Shown here: positions 1-12,020 of the stretch, piece by piece
Layout of the letters: each line of letters starts with the position of its first letter
Position numbering within the stretch: the stretch's first letter is position 1
Origin: Fistulifera solaris
Taxonomy: Eukaryota
NCBI GenBank assembly: GCA_030295235.1
Contig: AP026145.1
Location: 248,001-312,000, forward strand
DNA: 64,000 nt
Direction: 5' to 3'
The notes under the pieces: generated by a model
Seen by the model: only the letters and a program-made list of their open reading frames with translations
Database searches by the model: none
Told to the model about the DNA's origin: nothing
Position numbers and translations under genes: made by a program

Positions 1-3000
1 ACACTCGGAGTTTCGCTGCCGTCTGTCTCGTTTGTAAAAACCAGGATGTTACTTTCCGCCAGCTTACTCAGATTTCCGGTGTCGTCGTCGGTGATGTCAA
101 ACACCAAGTCGTCTTTTCCGTTTGAGCCAAATGACCAAGCTTCCGCTTTCCAATTGTGAACAAATTCCTTCACAATGAGAACGTGGTTAGGCTTCAAGTC
201 TTCGGTTCGCAAGGGTCCGTATACTCCCAAGTCGAGGAGTTCTCCCTCTTCGAAAACAAGAGAAGCTTCACGGCAAAGCGAATTGATAGCAGCGAGGGGT
301 CTAGCTGTTACGAAAAGACCTAGACCTCCATTTGGTACTTTGGATGTTTTGGCCTTAAGTTGCAGATGGTGCCCCTTACGACCAAATCAATCACTCGCTG
401 TTGTGGACAAGCATGAATCGTCGCAGGTAGAATGTAGTGGCGGTAAAATGGCTTTTCCTTGAGAAAACACGCACTTGGCCCTATATATTGCTTGGCCTCA
501 TTTCGCGCTGTATAGGCAAGGTAGCCTGCCCATGCATCTGATTCTTCAACATTGCACATACGTGGATTGGGTGCTTCGTTTCGAACCCCAAAAGCAAACC
601 ACTGTCCAATACTAAGGTCTAAGATCACGTTGAACGTAATCGGACCTTCCTCCGCACAAGTACAAGACTCTATTTTCCCATAAACAGCTTTCGTCCGACC
701 GTCTCGACTTATCCATTCGCGATAGTATCCTTTGTTTACGAGAAAATGCGCGATCTTGTCCTTGTTACATTTGGCCGCGTCAGCGCCCTCGTTGCTTCAG
801 AGAATGCCGAGTTGTTACCACGGCCGTGTCACTTAGCACTTTATCAGCAATTTGATTTTCTGATACAGAAAGATCGTTCACATTTGACTCTTCTAGTCCT
901 TCTAAAGGCACAAATTCATCGTCTGGGACGGCGTTGCGCTTGTCTCCGTCATCAAAAATAATATCGACGAAGTCGCCTCGTTTAGCGACAACCGTCCCAT
1001 TGTACCATTGCTAAAAACGCAAACGTGAGAAACATAATAGGACCTTATGAAGAAGCAAAAGTTTAATACTCACGTCATTCTTAGGCCATCTTGCAAATAC
1101 CCGGGTTCCAATCGTTATTTCTTCTTCCGCTTTAATCTTTGTTGAATTTGCGCCATAAAGTTCTTCGAAGCGTGACTTAAGACTTTTGTTCGAATAAAGT
1201 GCTTGTCGAGCATATCCCTTGTAATTCGACATCGTCCTCTTCTTGTAGGCATAGGTCTTGCAAAGATTAAAGACGCATCGCTTCCCTGCCTTACAGTGGA
1301 CACAGCTTTTGCAGAAGAACGGTGAGCAGCAGGCAGAACAGCCACAACTGTTCTTCGAGTGGGAATGAGGCTTCTCGGATTGTTTTGAACGCATCACCTC
1401 ACTCTCGTCCAGAACGGTAATGAGACCTTGCTTTCCGTACATTCGTTCGAATTGTTCCTCCAAATGAGGTTTCCCCGATTTTGCTTTCACTGTTCGTGCA
1501 TTTTGGATATAGGTATTGATTGTGGACTCTTTGTACTTGTAGTTTAAGCAGGGGTAGAACACACACCCTCCACCCCGAACGCCACGGCATGCCGGACACT
1601 TCTGGCACACCTCCTTGACTTTACACGAAGCGCAATATCCACATCGACATCTGACTTTCTTGTCGTGCTGGATTGGCGGCTCTGCCTTATCCTTTACTGT
1701 GCCGGAGAATACGCCTCCCGGTCCGTAGAGTTGCTCGAACTGTCTTTCAAGCACTTTATTTCCTTTCATAATTGACTTTGCTTGTTGCTTGGCATTGGCG
1801 AGCGTTGTTGCCTTGTACTTGTAGGCCAAACAAAGAGCAAAAACGCATCGTCCCTTCCGAGAATCTCGGCAATTGCTACACTTATCACATTCTATCGGAT
1901 TTGTGCACGATGCACAAATTTTACAGTGACCGCCAAAACCCCGCCCTGTTCTCGGAGTTTCTCCAGATAAGGATGATTCACTAATTAGCTTCACCTGAGC
2001 TGCAAGAAGTCCATCACTTCCAAATATTTCCTCAAACTTTTGCTCCAAACGTGGATTACCTGTTTTTACAGTTTTCGCCTGATTGACGAAAATGCTGAGA
2101 CCCGACAAAGTGTAGTTGAAGTCAAGACAAGGAAGAAAAGCACATCGTCCTTGCCGTTTACCGTGGCAGCTGTCACACTTTCCACAAATGTCTCGATCCA
2201 CGCACGTAGCACAAACACCGCAAACTCGTCCTCGTCTCTCACCGCACCGACTGTGGGTGGTGTCGGTGGCCGCTGCGTTGTCCGCAGGGGCTACCCGACT
2301 ATCTGGTGTCTTGCGTGTAATTACGCCGTTCTCTCCGTAAACCTTTTCAAACTCTGATTCAAGTCGATCATCTTCAGCAGCCATAGAAAGTGCTTGTTCC
2401 TTGTAAAGGCGTAGAGTGGAATCGGTGATGCCGTAGTTGCAACAGGGAGAAAAGACGCAACGTAGTTCATATGCACACCGAGAGCACTTGCCGCAGACAA
2501 ACGGATCCGCGCACGTTTCGCAGAAGCCGCAACAGGAACCATTTGCGGCGAAAGGACTTTGCGAGGAATGTTCTCCGGGTTGGTCGGCTTCCGGAAATGA
2601 ATGCCGACCACCGTTGCTATCAACATCTTCCAGATCGTCGCACGACGGAGCAGCTGTGTCTTCCTCGATACGAGCACGTCGTGCGGCAGGTTTTTCGTCG
2701 TCTTCATAGCTCTCGCGCGGTCGCTTAGCGGTGCGGTAGTCTTCCGGCGATGCTGTCTCTGAAACATCGTCGTCGCTGTACATGTCATTGCCGTTTGCTT
2801 GGGCCATAGTAATCATGTTCTCGGCCCCAGATGATGTAGAAGAGTCGGATCGAACATATGGCTCGTCGTCTGGAGCTTTCTCGTTCTCGGGAGAAAATCG
2901 ATTCGCACCAAAATCTGCTAGACCCGCTGGAGAAGACGGAGTTTCGTGCGGCGTTTGATTCTGCTCCACAAAAGTCTCGGGTGTTTCCTTTGCAGCATCT

Positions 3001-3146
3001 CTCGATGCATGCAGCGACTCACCATGTACGCAGATCGGAGACTTCAAGGGCAAAGCCGCCGAACCGACTTCTTTGGGCCCGCAGAGAGCGGCATTCTCTG
3101 CATTTCGAGCGAGCAACCCGTCGGGTGCAATCTTCGAGGAACTCAT
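1..3146 (-). CDS. Chromatin protein with five zf-CXXC-like repeats, a Tudor domain and a SET-like C-terminal region (runs off the window start)
   Basis: ORF 1011-3146 has five CxxCxxC-x5-CxxCxxC-xn-C-x4-C units. Removing the GT-AG intron 1011-1073 joins IGTRVFARWPKND to QWYNGTVVAKRGDFVDIIFDDGDK (Tudor-like). My translation of about 380-1 is open and reads TSKVPNGGLGLFVT...GELLDLGVYGP...FDITDDDTG...NILVFTNE (SET-like). Frameshifts lie between these parts. Confidence 0.75.
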
Positions 3147-4107
3147 GAATCAATGTAATTTGCGGCGGCGTCTTGCTTCAATCACCAATTAAGCGATATA
3201 TCGATTTATTAAGCGATTCTTCTAATGAGAATGACGAATAATAGAGGCGACAATAGTATATTTTTGACCTCATTCACTGCTCACTGCTTTTGTCTTTTGT
3301 CTTTGGTCCCAAACTTCAGCTGTCGTCGCGTGTGTCCGCGCAAAACGCAATGCGATGATCGATGATGATGATGCGTGAGAAGTCAACAGTCCCGCCAGTT
3401 TCAGTCACGCCCCAAACGTTCCAAAATATATATTGGGATATCATCGGGGAGGAGCCGCCAGGCTTTTCGACATCACACATAGGCATAGTGGTGTGCACTG
3501 CAATGATTTGAATAGTATTGACCATTGCAGCTTTTTCACTAGGAGAGCGACCGAAGGTTGGTAGCAACTGTGAAACATAATGTTTTTAGGTAGCAATCTG
3601 CTTCGAGAAATCATTATTCATGATTGAAATGCAGTCGTGGCGAAAACGGACAACACTTTGGGCCTACAGTAAATAAAGAAGACATCGCAATCCGTACGCT
3701 TTTCGACAAATTCCAACATGGAGTCTACTGAAAATGCTTCAGATAGTATTTCTAGCACTACAAGGAAAATTGTGGCTACTTTCACAGGAAAACGACCACA
3801 AATTTCGGTTGCATTCTAGCCCGAAAATGTGTTGCTTCGTGACTGAACTACAGTCGTGGATAAGGTCGTCTACACTTGGTTTGATAGTAAACACAAAAGT
3901 CAACGACACAAAAATTTTCGATGTCGAGCATCGTTGCGTGTGATGCAAATGCTTCGGGAGGTATTTGTATTGTGCTAAAGACAAATAGGACTTTAGATCG
4001 ATCATTAAGATAAAAGTAAAGAAAACCGGGCTTTTACGCATCATTTAGGTCGACACGTCGACGTCCCGCCCGTTTCATGAAATTCTTGGAAATATTAAAC
4101 CCGGAGT

Positions 4108-5475
4108 CTACTCCTGCCAATAGAGAGGCTTGCGCTCCAACTTGCCGTGCTTCAAACGAACATCCATCATAACTTCTTCAAAGGGGATAGGCTTAATGCT
4201 CCTCCATGTATTCACTAGATCGTTTGCCTGTTCAAAGTTCTTGCGCTCAAGTGCAGCTACATCTGACACGGCATGTGTGGTGATACAGTAACCAGTTTGC
4301 GTATCTAGAACAGCCAAAGCCGGAGTTTCAATGATTTTCAAGTTCTTGGCGAGCTCGTTTTTGAATGAACTGGTGCCGGTTGGCATAGCAGGCCACGGCA
4401 TTGTGGCAAAGATCTCTTTGAAATCGGCCAGCGAGCGGTCGTGAGATACGTAGACGATTTCCAAGTTCTGAGACAGTGCAATGGTGCAGTAAAAGTCCTT
4501 TAATGCTGGATAGAATTCTTTGCACTCGCGGTTCCATTTGGATGCAAAGTAGAGTAACGTGAGGTCACGATCCTTTGTGCATGCCAAAACGGACCTTCTG
4601 ATTAGTCGGCTTTCCGCAAACAAGTCAGGCCCCAAAATGAGTTCCATGGGTGTTTCTTGACCAGGAGCGGATGCAGGATCCTTTGCGTACGTCCTAGCTT
4701 TGAACGCTTGAGAACCCGTTGAAACCCCTTTACCAGCAGGTGCTTTTGCCTGTGCATTGCCATTCACTTGCGTCGTCGCTGGTGCAGTTTCGCTTTCTGT
4801 TGCGTTCGTTTTCTTTCCTAGTCCGAAAATCCGACGAACGCCTGCTTTTGGTTGAGAAGCAGGAACTGCGATAGGTGCAGGTGCAGGAGAGGGGACGGCT
4901 GTTGGCGTTTTGATTGCAGCCGCTGAAGGGCCAGTGGAACCTCCTACTCCGTTGATATACTTAGGTTTGCCTGTCAAATTTACTTTTCGCTTGACTACTT
5001 TCTTCAGCTGTCGAGGTGGGTCGGCTGCAGGAGTGGCAGGCGATGTCGTATTGACAGAAGGAGAAGCTGCTGGTCGGGTCACGGACGTAGTTGCTCGGAA
5101 AGGAGCAGCAAAGGGAGCTAATACCGACGATTTGCTAGACGGAGCTGGTGCAGCGCGAGCAACTGGTGCGACTGGGGCTGGCCTGGGAGCTGGAACAGGC
5201 TGTGCACTTTCTTCCTCCTCGTAGTACTCTTCTTGTACATCTTCTTCGACTTCGTATTCATCTCCTTCGTAGTACTCTTCCTCTTCGTAATAAACCTCTT
5301 CCTCGTACTCCTCGTCTATTTCCTCCTCATAATACTCCGACTCTTCCACATATTCATCGTCATCGGCCAACTGCGCTTTAAGAGATTGGATCTTTTCCTC
5401 CATCTTCTTGCGTTCCAGTTCTTCCTCGAGACGTTTCAGCTCGGCTGCGAGATCGGCTGGACCTTTGGCACTCAT
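4108..5475 (-). CDS. Protein with acidic and Pro/Ala-rich N-terminus and C-terminal nucleoredoxin/tryparedoxin-like thioredoxin domain
   Basis: LLYFASKWNRECKEFYPALKDFY...LEIVYVSHDRS...FATMPWPAMP matches the nucleoredoxin-type Trx fold. Confidence 0.8.
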   Translation of the reverse strand: MSAKGPADLAAELKRLEEELERKKMEEKIQSLKAQLADDDEYVEESEYYEEEIDEEYEEEVYYEEEEYYEGDEYEVEEDVQEEYYEEEESAQPVPAPRPAPVAPVARAAPAPSSKSSVLAPFAAPFRATTSVTRPAASPSVNTTSPATPAADPPRQLKKVVKRKVNLTGKPKYINGVGGSTGPSAAAIKTPTAVPSPAPAPIAVPASQPKAGVRRIFGLGKKTNATESETAPATTQVNGNAQAKAPAGKGVSTGSQAFKARTYAKDPASAPGQETPMELILGPDLFAESRLIRRSVLACTKDRDLTLLYFASKWNRECKEFYPALKDFYCTIALSQNLEIVYVSHDRSLADFKEIFATMPWPAMPTGTSSFKNELAKNLKIIETPALAVLDTQTGYCITTHAVSDVAALERKNFEQANDLVNTWRSIKPIPFEEVMMDVRLKHGKLERKPLYWQE

Positions 5476-5756
5476 CTCAAGAATAGGAAATCGTCTCTAG
5501 TGTCCAAGCAGCTCTGTTCACGATTGTTAATCTTGCCTTGTGATAATTTGTTTCAAGAAAATAGTCAATGAGTGAACTTGAATAATGACCGTCGGTGAAG
5601 GTCGAAGGTGGAAAATGACCGATACCCAGTCACGAATGAACTTCAATCACGGCAAAACTATCGTCACGTTATGTATAATTTTACAATCTAAAAACTCGAA
5701 AATTGCAGAAACAAATACTTATACCCCCAACTAATATCTTTGTTATCGCTTATATT

Positions 5757-8700
5757 CTACAATCGGTCTTTTAATTCCGAGGATTGAAAGAGTGACACAG
5801 CTCGATCAGACAATGAACCGGCCGCCATACTCAGGCAGTCTTTCCCTTGGCACGCAAAACTTGTCACGCCATCAAATTCAGTATCTAAAGTCTTGTAAAC
5901 CTGGATCCAATTATCCTTAGCTTCATCGTACTCATAGCGCTTGATGATTCCAGTTGCCGTCGCGACAACTAAGGAAAGGCCATTCTCGCTTGTGGACCCA
6001 TCGATGCTACTCTTGTCACCGATCCGTTCGCCGAAACTTCCAACGATATCATTTCCCACACGTTCATAACGATCCTCTTGATTAAGCCGATAAACAGCAA
6101 CTCGGCCCGAGTTCTCATTGAACGCTGGAGCCCCGACAGCAATTGTATCTCCACTCTCTGACAAGATCGAAACCGATGTCCCAAATTCTTCGTCCTGGTG
6201 CACGCCGGTCAGTGTAAATATTGGCACCCATTTGTCGCTCTCAGAGTATTTGTAGCCCAAAACATAGCCTGGCTCCTCATGCAATAAGCTACCCGGAGCA
6301 CCAGCAGTCAGAATGTTTCCGTCCTTTGATATTGCAACGGAGGATCCGAAACGATCACCAGTACGTAGCCCATTCAGCGCATTCTCCTCAATTTTGTTCC
6401 AGTCTCCTCCTGTTGCTACGCTTCGTTCAAAGGTGTAAATGCGACCCACATCATACAAATATTGAAGGCTGCTACGAGGAGCCCCGATAGCTACGCGTAA
6501 CGTATCATTGAGGAGAGTAGCCCCCATCGCTGATCCAAAATTTTCTCTTTCCGCAAACGTATCTTCGTCTCCGCGAATTGTGGGTCCAAACTGTCTCCAA
6601 GTACCAGACGAATCTTCGTATTCAAATACATACGCTCCCCCCACACTTCGGGTTGACGCAAACGCGTTAAGGAATGGCGCGCCGATCGCCATGAAAGTGG
6701 AAGACGCGACTACCGTGCTCCATCCGAAACCGCTTCCACTCTGTTCCCCTTGAACTGTACCTAGAAGATCCACGCGCCCGCTTTTCGCAGTGAATGTTCG
6801 AACAGTGTCCACGACGGGCATACCGATGAGAAGAAGTCCACTATCGTAGCCTAGGCTGCTTCCGAAACCGGTGTTTCCATCTGGCCACACAGCCTGATGG
6901 GAAAATACGTATTGGGGATATTGTTCTGATGGTGATGTTTCCTGTGGTCGAAAGTATATACGGTGAGATTTAGCTTGAGATATAATGAAGTATACATTCA
7001 ATACAACATACCGGGGATTTTGTTGGAGCAGGAGCTGGTTGCGTAGGAGAGAGCGTAGGAGCTATGTTGCTAGCCAGTGGAGCGTTTTCATCGTCCTTGG
7101 AAGTCAACGTAATTGGCAGGACAACCACTAAAAGGATGAGGAAAATGCAAGCGATTGAGCCGATAAAATAGTCCCTTGCTGACGTTGGATACACGTAATC
7201 TTGTGCGACTTTGATGAAGCTCGAATCTTTGCTTTTGTTGGCCTTCTCGCTGGAGTGGGAAGCATCAGAAGCGGCATCGAAATCATCTATTCTGTCCAGT
7301 TTTTGAGATGGCTCGTCAGTTTCTGGTTTGAAGCGTTCTGACGAGACGGACATCGACGCCTTCTGCTTTACGGCCATTGTTGAGGACGTAGCTAAGCGCG
7401 CAGCCTGGTTGTTCCCTAGACCTAGTTCTTCGCGTGCTTGTGTCGCGATACTGAAATATGACCCACTAGGCAGCGATGACGAATTTGTGTAGGCGCATGA
7501 TACCGCATCTTGTGGGTCTTCACAGGCTGCCATGTAGAGTTGGGGATCATCTATGTTTTCAAGCTGATGAAGTCCTTCTTCCATGGAAATGAATCCATCG
7601 ACATCATCGGTAGGAGTAAAGCGAGTTTCGTCATGGATGCGACACAACTCTTCTGACTTTTCAATCGGAGACCCCACAAAGAATCCCAACTCGTCAACTT
7701 GGTCATAATTGACCGATGAAAACCTGTCTCCATTGAGTCCATTGCAATAGGATAATCCTTCACTGCGTTTCGAGGGTGTCACTTCACTCAAAAGTAGTCT
7801 CTTTTTCACGTTTTTGTCGTCGAGCTGGTAGTTGTTGGAAGTATCCGCAAGGGCTATCTCACTTTCGCAACTACCCTCGCTGATTTTCGAGTCCGGAGTT
7901 CCGAGAAGAATGTAGGATCGACATAAGGTTTCGTAATGGTCGCGCACCGAGTCGGATGAAAAGTCATCATTGACCTCGTCGCCGCTTTTCATGCCGTCCT
8001 TCAATGACAGGCGATCTTTGGCGAGTTTGCGGGATAGACGATCGCCATCTTTACCGCGTTTGCTCGAACGTTTACTCTCCTTCTTCGATTTACTGGACCG
8101 CGAGCCCACGGAGCTATTATGACTGTTTCTTCTCTCCTTTTTGCTTTTTGATGTCCGAACACTTTTACTTTCAACAGATGGATCAACGGAATGCCCCTGA
8201 CTGTCGTCATCCGTCTCGACTTTACGTCTACTCGAACGAGAATTAACCGAGCCAGTCCGACTACTGCGTCGCTCTTTCTTCTTGCTCTTTGACTTTTTGC
8301 TCGTTTTGCTGCTTGTTGAAACGCCACGACTGTTAACGGAAGCCGTTTCGCGGCTCAACACACTTGTATCATCCTGTTTTAAACTTGATTCGCCGTTCGC
8401 CAAATTCTCCTTGCTTTTCCAGTCTTCTTTGCCGAGTTCGCTCGTTCCCGCTTTTTGTCTTGTTCAGGATTCAAAGCATGTTTTTCTTCGATGGGACTCG
8501 AAAACTGAATTGGGGCGGTGTTTCCGCTCGGAGAGCCAACGAGGCAGTCATCAAAAATGTTACTTGTTTGAATCGTCTTTGCCCGAGAAGACTGCGACCC
8601 ATCTTGATTTTCAAAGAAATTGATGCTTTCCTTCACTTTTAACGTCTTTTCTTGATCTACATCATACCTGTTTCGGGCTTGCTTCCTGATGAAAGGAGAC

Positions 8701-9149
8701 TCGGGCTCTTTCGAACGAGTGCGCGGAAAGCCAGCCATTTCCTCATCACTCGCGGCATTGCTGCCATTTTCTGTATTAATATGGCGAAGAATGAAGCGAG
8801 GCTCGTCTTTCGCTTCGAGTTCGGGAGTCACCCGTGCAGTTTGCTTCGTCCGACTGGGCGGAATGTCCATGCTTTTCTGCGGTGTAAACTTGCTAATGTC
8901 GAGTAATGTTTCATCTCCTGGGGAAGACGTGCGGTCCGTAGACTTTTCAAACGAAATGTAATGTGATTTGTCGTCAATTGAAGAATCCTCGACACTGTAA
9001 GAGCCAAAGAATGCCCCCACAAAGAGAGAGTGACTCGTAGGAACGGGCTCGGGGACATCAAATGCATCGAACAGACGATCCATCTGCTCTGTTGTGGTGG
9101 TTTTGTCTTTATTCTCTGTTTCACTCATTGTGGTTGTTTGTTGCTCCAT
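5757..9149 (-). CDS. Single-pass membrane protein with C-terminal FG-GAP (integrin-alpha-like) beta-propeller
   Basis: ORFs 8379-9149, 6970-8403 and 5757-7001 are joined by a probable frameshift near 8400 and intron 6942-7011 (KSP|ETSP in frame). Contains TM segment IACIFLILLVVVLPITL, an APTLSPT stalk, and repeated FG...GAP motifs. Confidence 0.8.
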
Positions 9150-9526
9150 TTTTTAAAATGCTGATGCTGAAAAAGCTAGAGTAGCAACAAAGAATGAACA
9201 AGTGTTCCTCGATTGCCCTTGTCATTGCCATTATTTCGCAAAGCAGTTTGACATGCATGTGGTTGCGGGTTGCGGTCGAGGTGCGTGACGCGACGGTGCA
9301 ATGAGCAATGATGGGGCAAAGAACGCCGGCAGCTCCACAATCACCTAAGTAGAATTCTCCGCCGCTATTCAAAATAGAAGATACTATGGCGCGCGTTGGT
9401 AGTTGACATTTTGAGTACTAAATTTGAAAAAGTCAGGGACGACAGGCGCGGCGCGGATCCGATTGGTGGCAGGTTTGAATATCGATTATAACTCGTTCCC
9501 TAAGCAATTTAGATTTACTTTCATCG

Positions 9527-11683
9527 TCAGCTTCGAAAACTGCGAAAAATAGCGATCGTATTGCTATCGACGGATCCAACTGCGAGCTGTCCACCGTCGC
9601 CTGTTGATGCGAGACTGGAAATTCGTTGCAAGTCTGTTGATAAAGTATCGTACAAATCATCCCATTCATTCGAGCTCGGGGAATAGTCGTAGCGCCTCAC
9701 CACACCCGACGCCGTGGCAACCAGTACGAAGGGCTGTCCGTTTTCGTTGATACCACCCGTCACCGTATTGAGTTCTCCGATTCTGTCTCCACTCTCACCT
9801 AATATATCAGCTCCTAGCTGCTGGTAAAGACCCGTTCCTCCTCTTTGATAAACAAGTACTCGTCCAGAGTTCTGGTCGAATCCTGGAGCTCCAACGGCGA
9901 TAACGTTCCCGTTGTCGGATAAAACAGCAACCGATGCCCCGAATTCTTCGTTGGGCTGATCACCTCGCACGGCAAATACAAGGCTCCAAGGATCGTCAAA
10001 TTGTGGTTTGTATTCATGAGCCACGGCATATCCAGGGATAGTAGCGAATTCACTTCCCGGTGCTCCAGTGAGAAATACAGAACCATCTTTGCTAATCCCC
10101 ACTGATTTTCCGAATTGAACACCGTCTCTGTCCCCAATGATTGGCGTTTGTTCCATTGTATTCCAAAGTAATTCGCCAGATACTGGATCGATTTCTCTTT
10201 CAAATGTGTAAACACGACCAGTGCTAGTAGACCACTCGTAACTGTTGTAAGGAGCCCCCACAATAACTCGAAGCTTGCCATTTCCTACATGTGAAACAGC
10301 AACCGCACTCCCAAACTCTTCATTTGCCGCAAACAAATCTTCGTCGCCTCTTAGTACAGGTCCGACAAATTCCCATTCACCTCCTGGTTCATATCGATAC
10401 ACGTACACTCCGCCGACGCTCGTGTTGGTCCCTTCGGCGCGAAGGAATGGAGCTCCAGTAGCCAAGTAACGCGAGTCTGCCAAATCGACCGACCAGCCCA
10501 ATCCACTGCTACTGTCAGTCTCTTCGAGCAATTCAGTTTCAGCAGTTTCCGAATACGACCAAAATACAGCGCTGCTGCCAGGAACTCCTGCAACAAGAAG
10601 ACTTTCATCGAAGGCGACACTTTGGCCTAATATCGAACTGATTTGCCCTTTAATTACACCATCCGGTACTGGTTCGTAGCGGAAGAAATTCGTGGGTGGT
10701 GTCGGAGTCGGAATGCTATCGATTGTTGGGGCCGCGGTGGGGGCAAATGACGGCTCCGGCATAGCGGGTGTCAAATCATCCTTTCTCAGCCAAAGTAGCA
10801 AGGCCATACCCAGCATCACAATGAGGAATATTGTTAACAAAATAAAAACCCTATGCTTGTAAGCCAAGGTAGATTCAGTGGGGTGCGCTGCAAGACTACG
10901 TCGCTTCTTCTTTCCGCGGTGAGATGGGCTGGGTTGTTCCGGATCGATTTCCAAGTCGTCACCGTGCGATACCTTGGTGTAGAGTGACTGCTCTTTCGTC
11001 AAATCGACCATGTCATTCGATTCAAGCAAGCTCTCATCTACTGAGTCGACTAAAATGGCGTTATCTGGGTCCTCGACATCTGTGAAAACTTCGCTTGATT
11101 GCATCTCCCGGTGTAGCGGTGAATGAACAGGGACATAATGTCCATCAGATTCTGGCTGGTCCTCGGGCCGCGTTATGTCCTCTACAACTTCTATCTCGTC
11201 TTCTTCTTCAATCTCAAATTCTGCATCGCCATATTCAGAAACATCAACGTTGGTGGAATGCCCCCAAACTTCATTATCACCTTCGAACAGCAGGCGATGA
11301 ACATCATTCGACGACTCTTTCTCATCAGGAGTTATTCGGTCTATACCAAAAATTTTTACTACTTTTTTGCTGCCTCTTGTGTTGCTACTAGAGTAGCTCG
11401 CGCCAGGTGAATCTGGATTCTCCGGAATCGTAGGCATGATATCTACTTTCGGCCCGCTCGAATCATCGCTGCTGCTGGAGGAAGAAGAGTCATCGTCATC
11501 AGCTTGTTTTTCTTCCGTGTCGGCCCCGCTTTTCACGGTTTCTTCTTCTTCCTCATATTCAGCATCCGAGTCGTTAACGGACTCATCGGTAAATTCATCG
11601 TCGTAATCATCGTCGATGATCTCTATCAGAGTTGTGGTAGGCATATTAAGACTTTCATCGTCCGAAACAACAACCACGCTCAT
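9527..11683 (-). CDS. Paralogous single-pass membrane protein with C-terminal FG-GAP beta-propeller
   Basis: Intact 718-aa ORF with acidic N-terminus, TM VFILLTIFLIVMLGMALLLWL, APTAAPT stalk and FG-GAP repeats. Clearly alignable to the adjacent gene (RGDEDLFAANEEFGSAV vs RGDEDTFAERENFGSAM). Confidence 0.85.
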   Translation of the reverse strand: MSVVVVSDDESLNMPTTTLIEIIDDDYDDEFTDESVNDSDAEYEEEEETVKSGADTEEKQADDDDSSSSSSSDDSSGPKVDIMPTIPENPDSPGASYSSSNTRGSKKVVKIFGIDRITPDEKESSNDVHRLLFEGDNEVWGHSTNVDVSEYGDAEFEIEEEDEIEVVEDITRPEDQPESDGHYVPVHSPLHREMQSSEVFTDVEDPDNAILVDSVDESLLESNDMVDLTKEQSLYTKVSHGDDLEIDPEQPSPSHRGKKKRRSLAAHPTESTLAYKHRVFILLTIFLIVMLGMALLLWLRKDDLTPAMPEPSFAPTAAPTIDSIPTPTPPTNFFRYEPVPDGVIKGQISSILGQSVAFDESLLVAGVPGSSAVFWSYSETAETELLEETDSSSGLGWSVDLADSRYLATGAPFLRAEGTNTSVGGVYVYRYEPGGEWEFVGPVLRGDEDLFAANEEFGSAVAVSHVGNGKLRVIVGAPYNSYEWSTSTGRVYTFEREIDPVSGELLWNTMEQTPIIGDRDGVQFGKSVGISKDGSVFLTGAPGSEFATIPGYAVAHEYKPQFDDPWSLVFAVRGDQPNEEFGASVAVLSDNGNVIAVGAPGFDQNSGRVLVYQRGGTGLYQQLGADILGESGDRIGELNTVTGGINENGQPFVLVATASGVVRRYDYSPSSNEWDDLYDTLSTDLQRISSLASTGDGGQLAVGSVDSNTIAIFRSFRS

Positions 11684-12020
11684 TGTTGACGAGAGCCGCC
11701 AAATCGATCAAGCCAGCTATTGTCTCCGTGCTTTAAGCAATCGTGAAGGATGTTATCATTATGATCGCTCTCTATATTCTATTTTGAATAACCAATCTTG
11801 CTTTATAGTTTGCATATCATTATTAGACTACACCTGTTATTATTTGTTGTTGTGCGGAAAGCGATCACAGTCATCATGCATGCGCGTATTCAACGTGTGA
11901 GGAGTGAATTTTAGTCGTGTATACCTACAGAATGAGTGATAGTCCCATATCTAAGGAAAAACTAAGCTGGGGGCATGTAGGCAAAGGCAAAACAGGTTTC
12001 GTTACAACCGTCTTTCATGG

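Noticed and set aside
3200..4100. Short ORFs between the CXXC and thioredoxin genes
   Set aside because: No motifs or coding-like composition; treated as intergenic.
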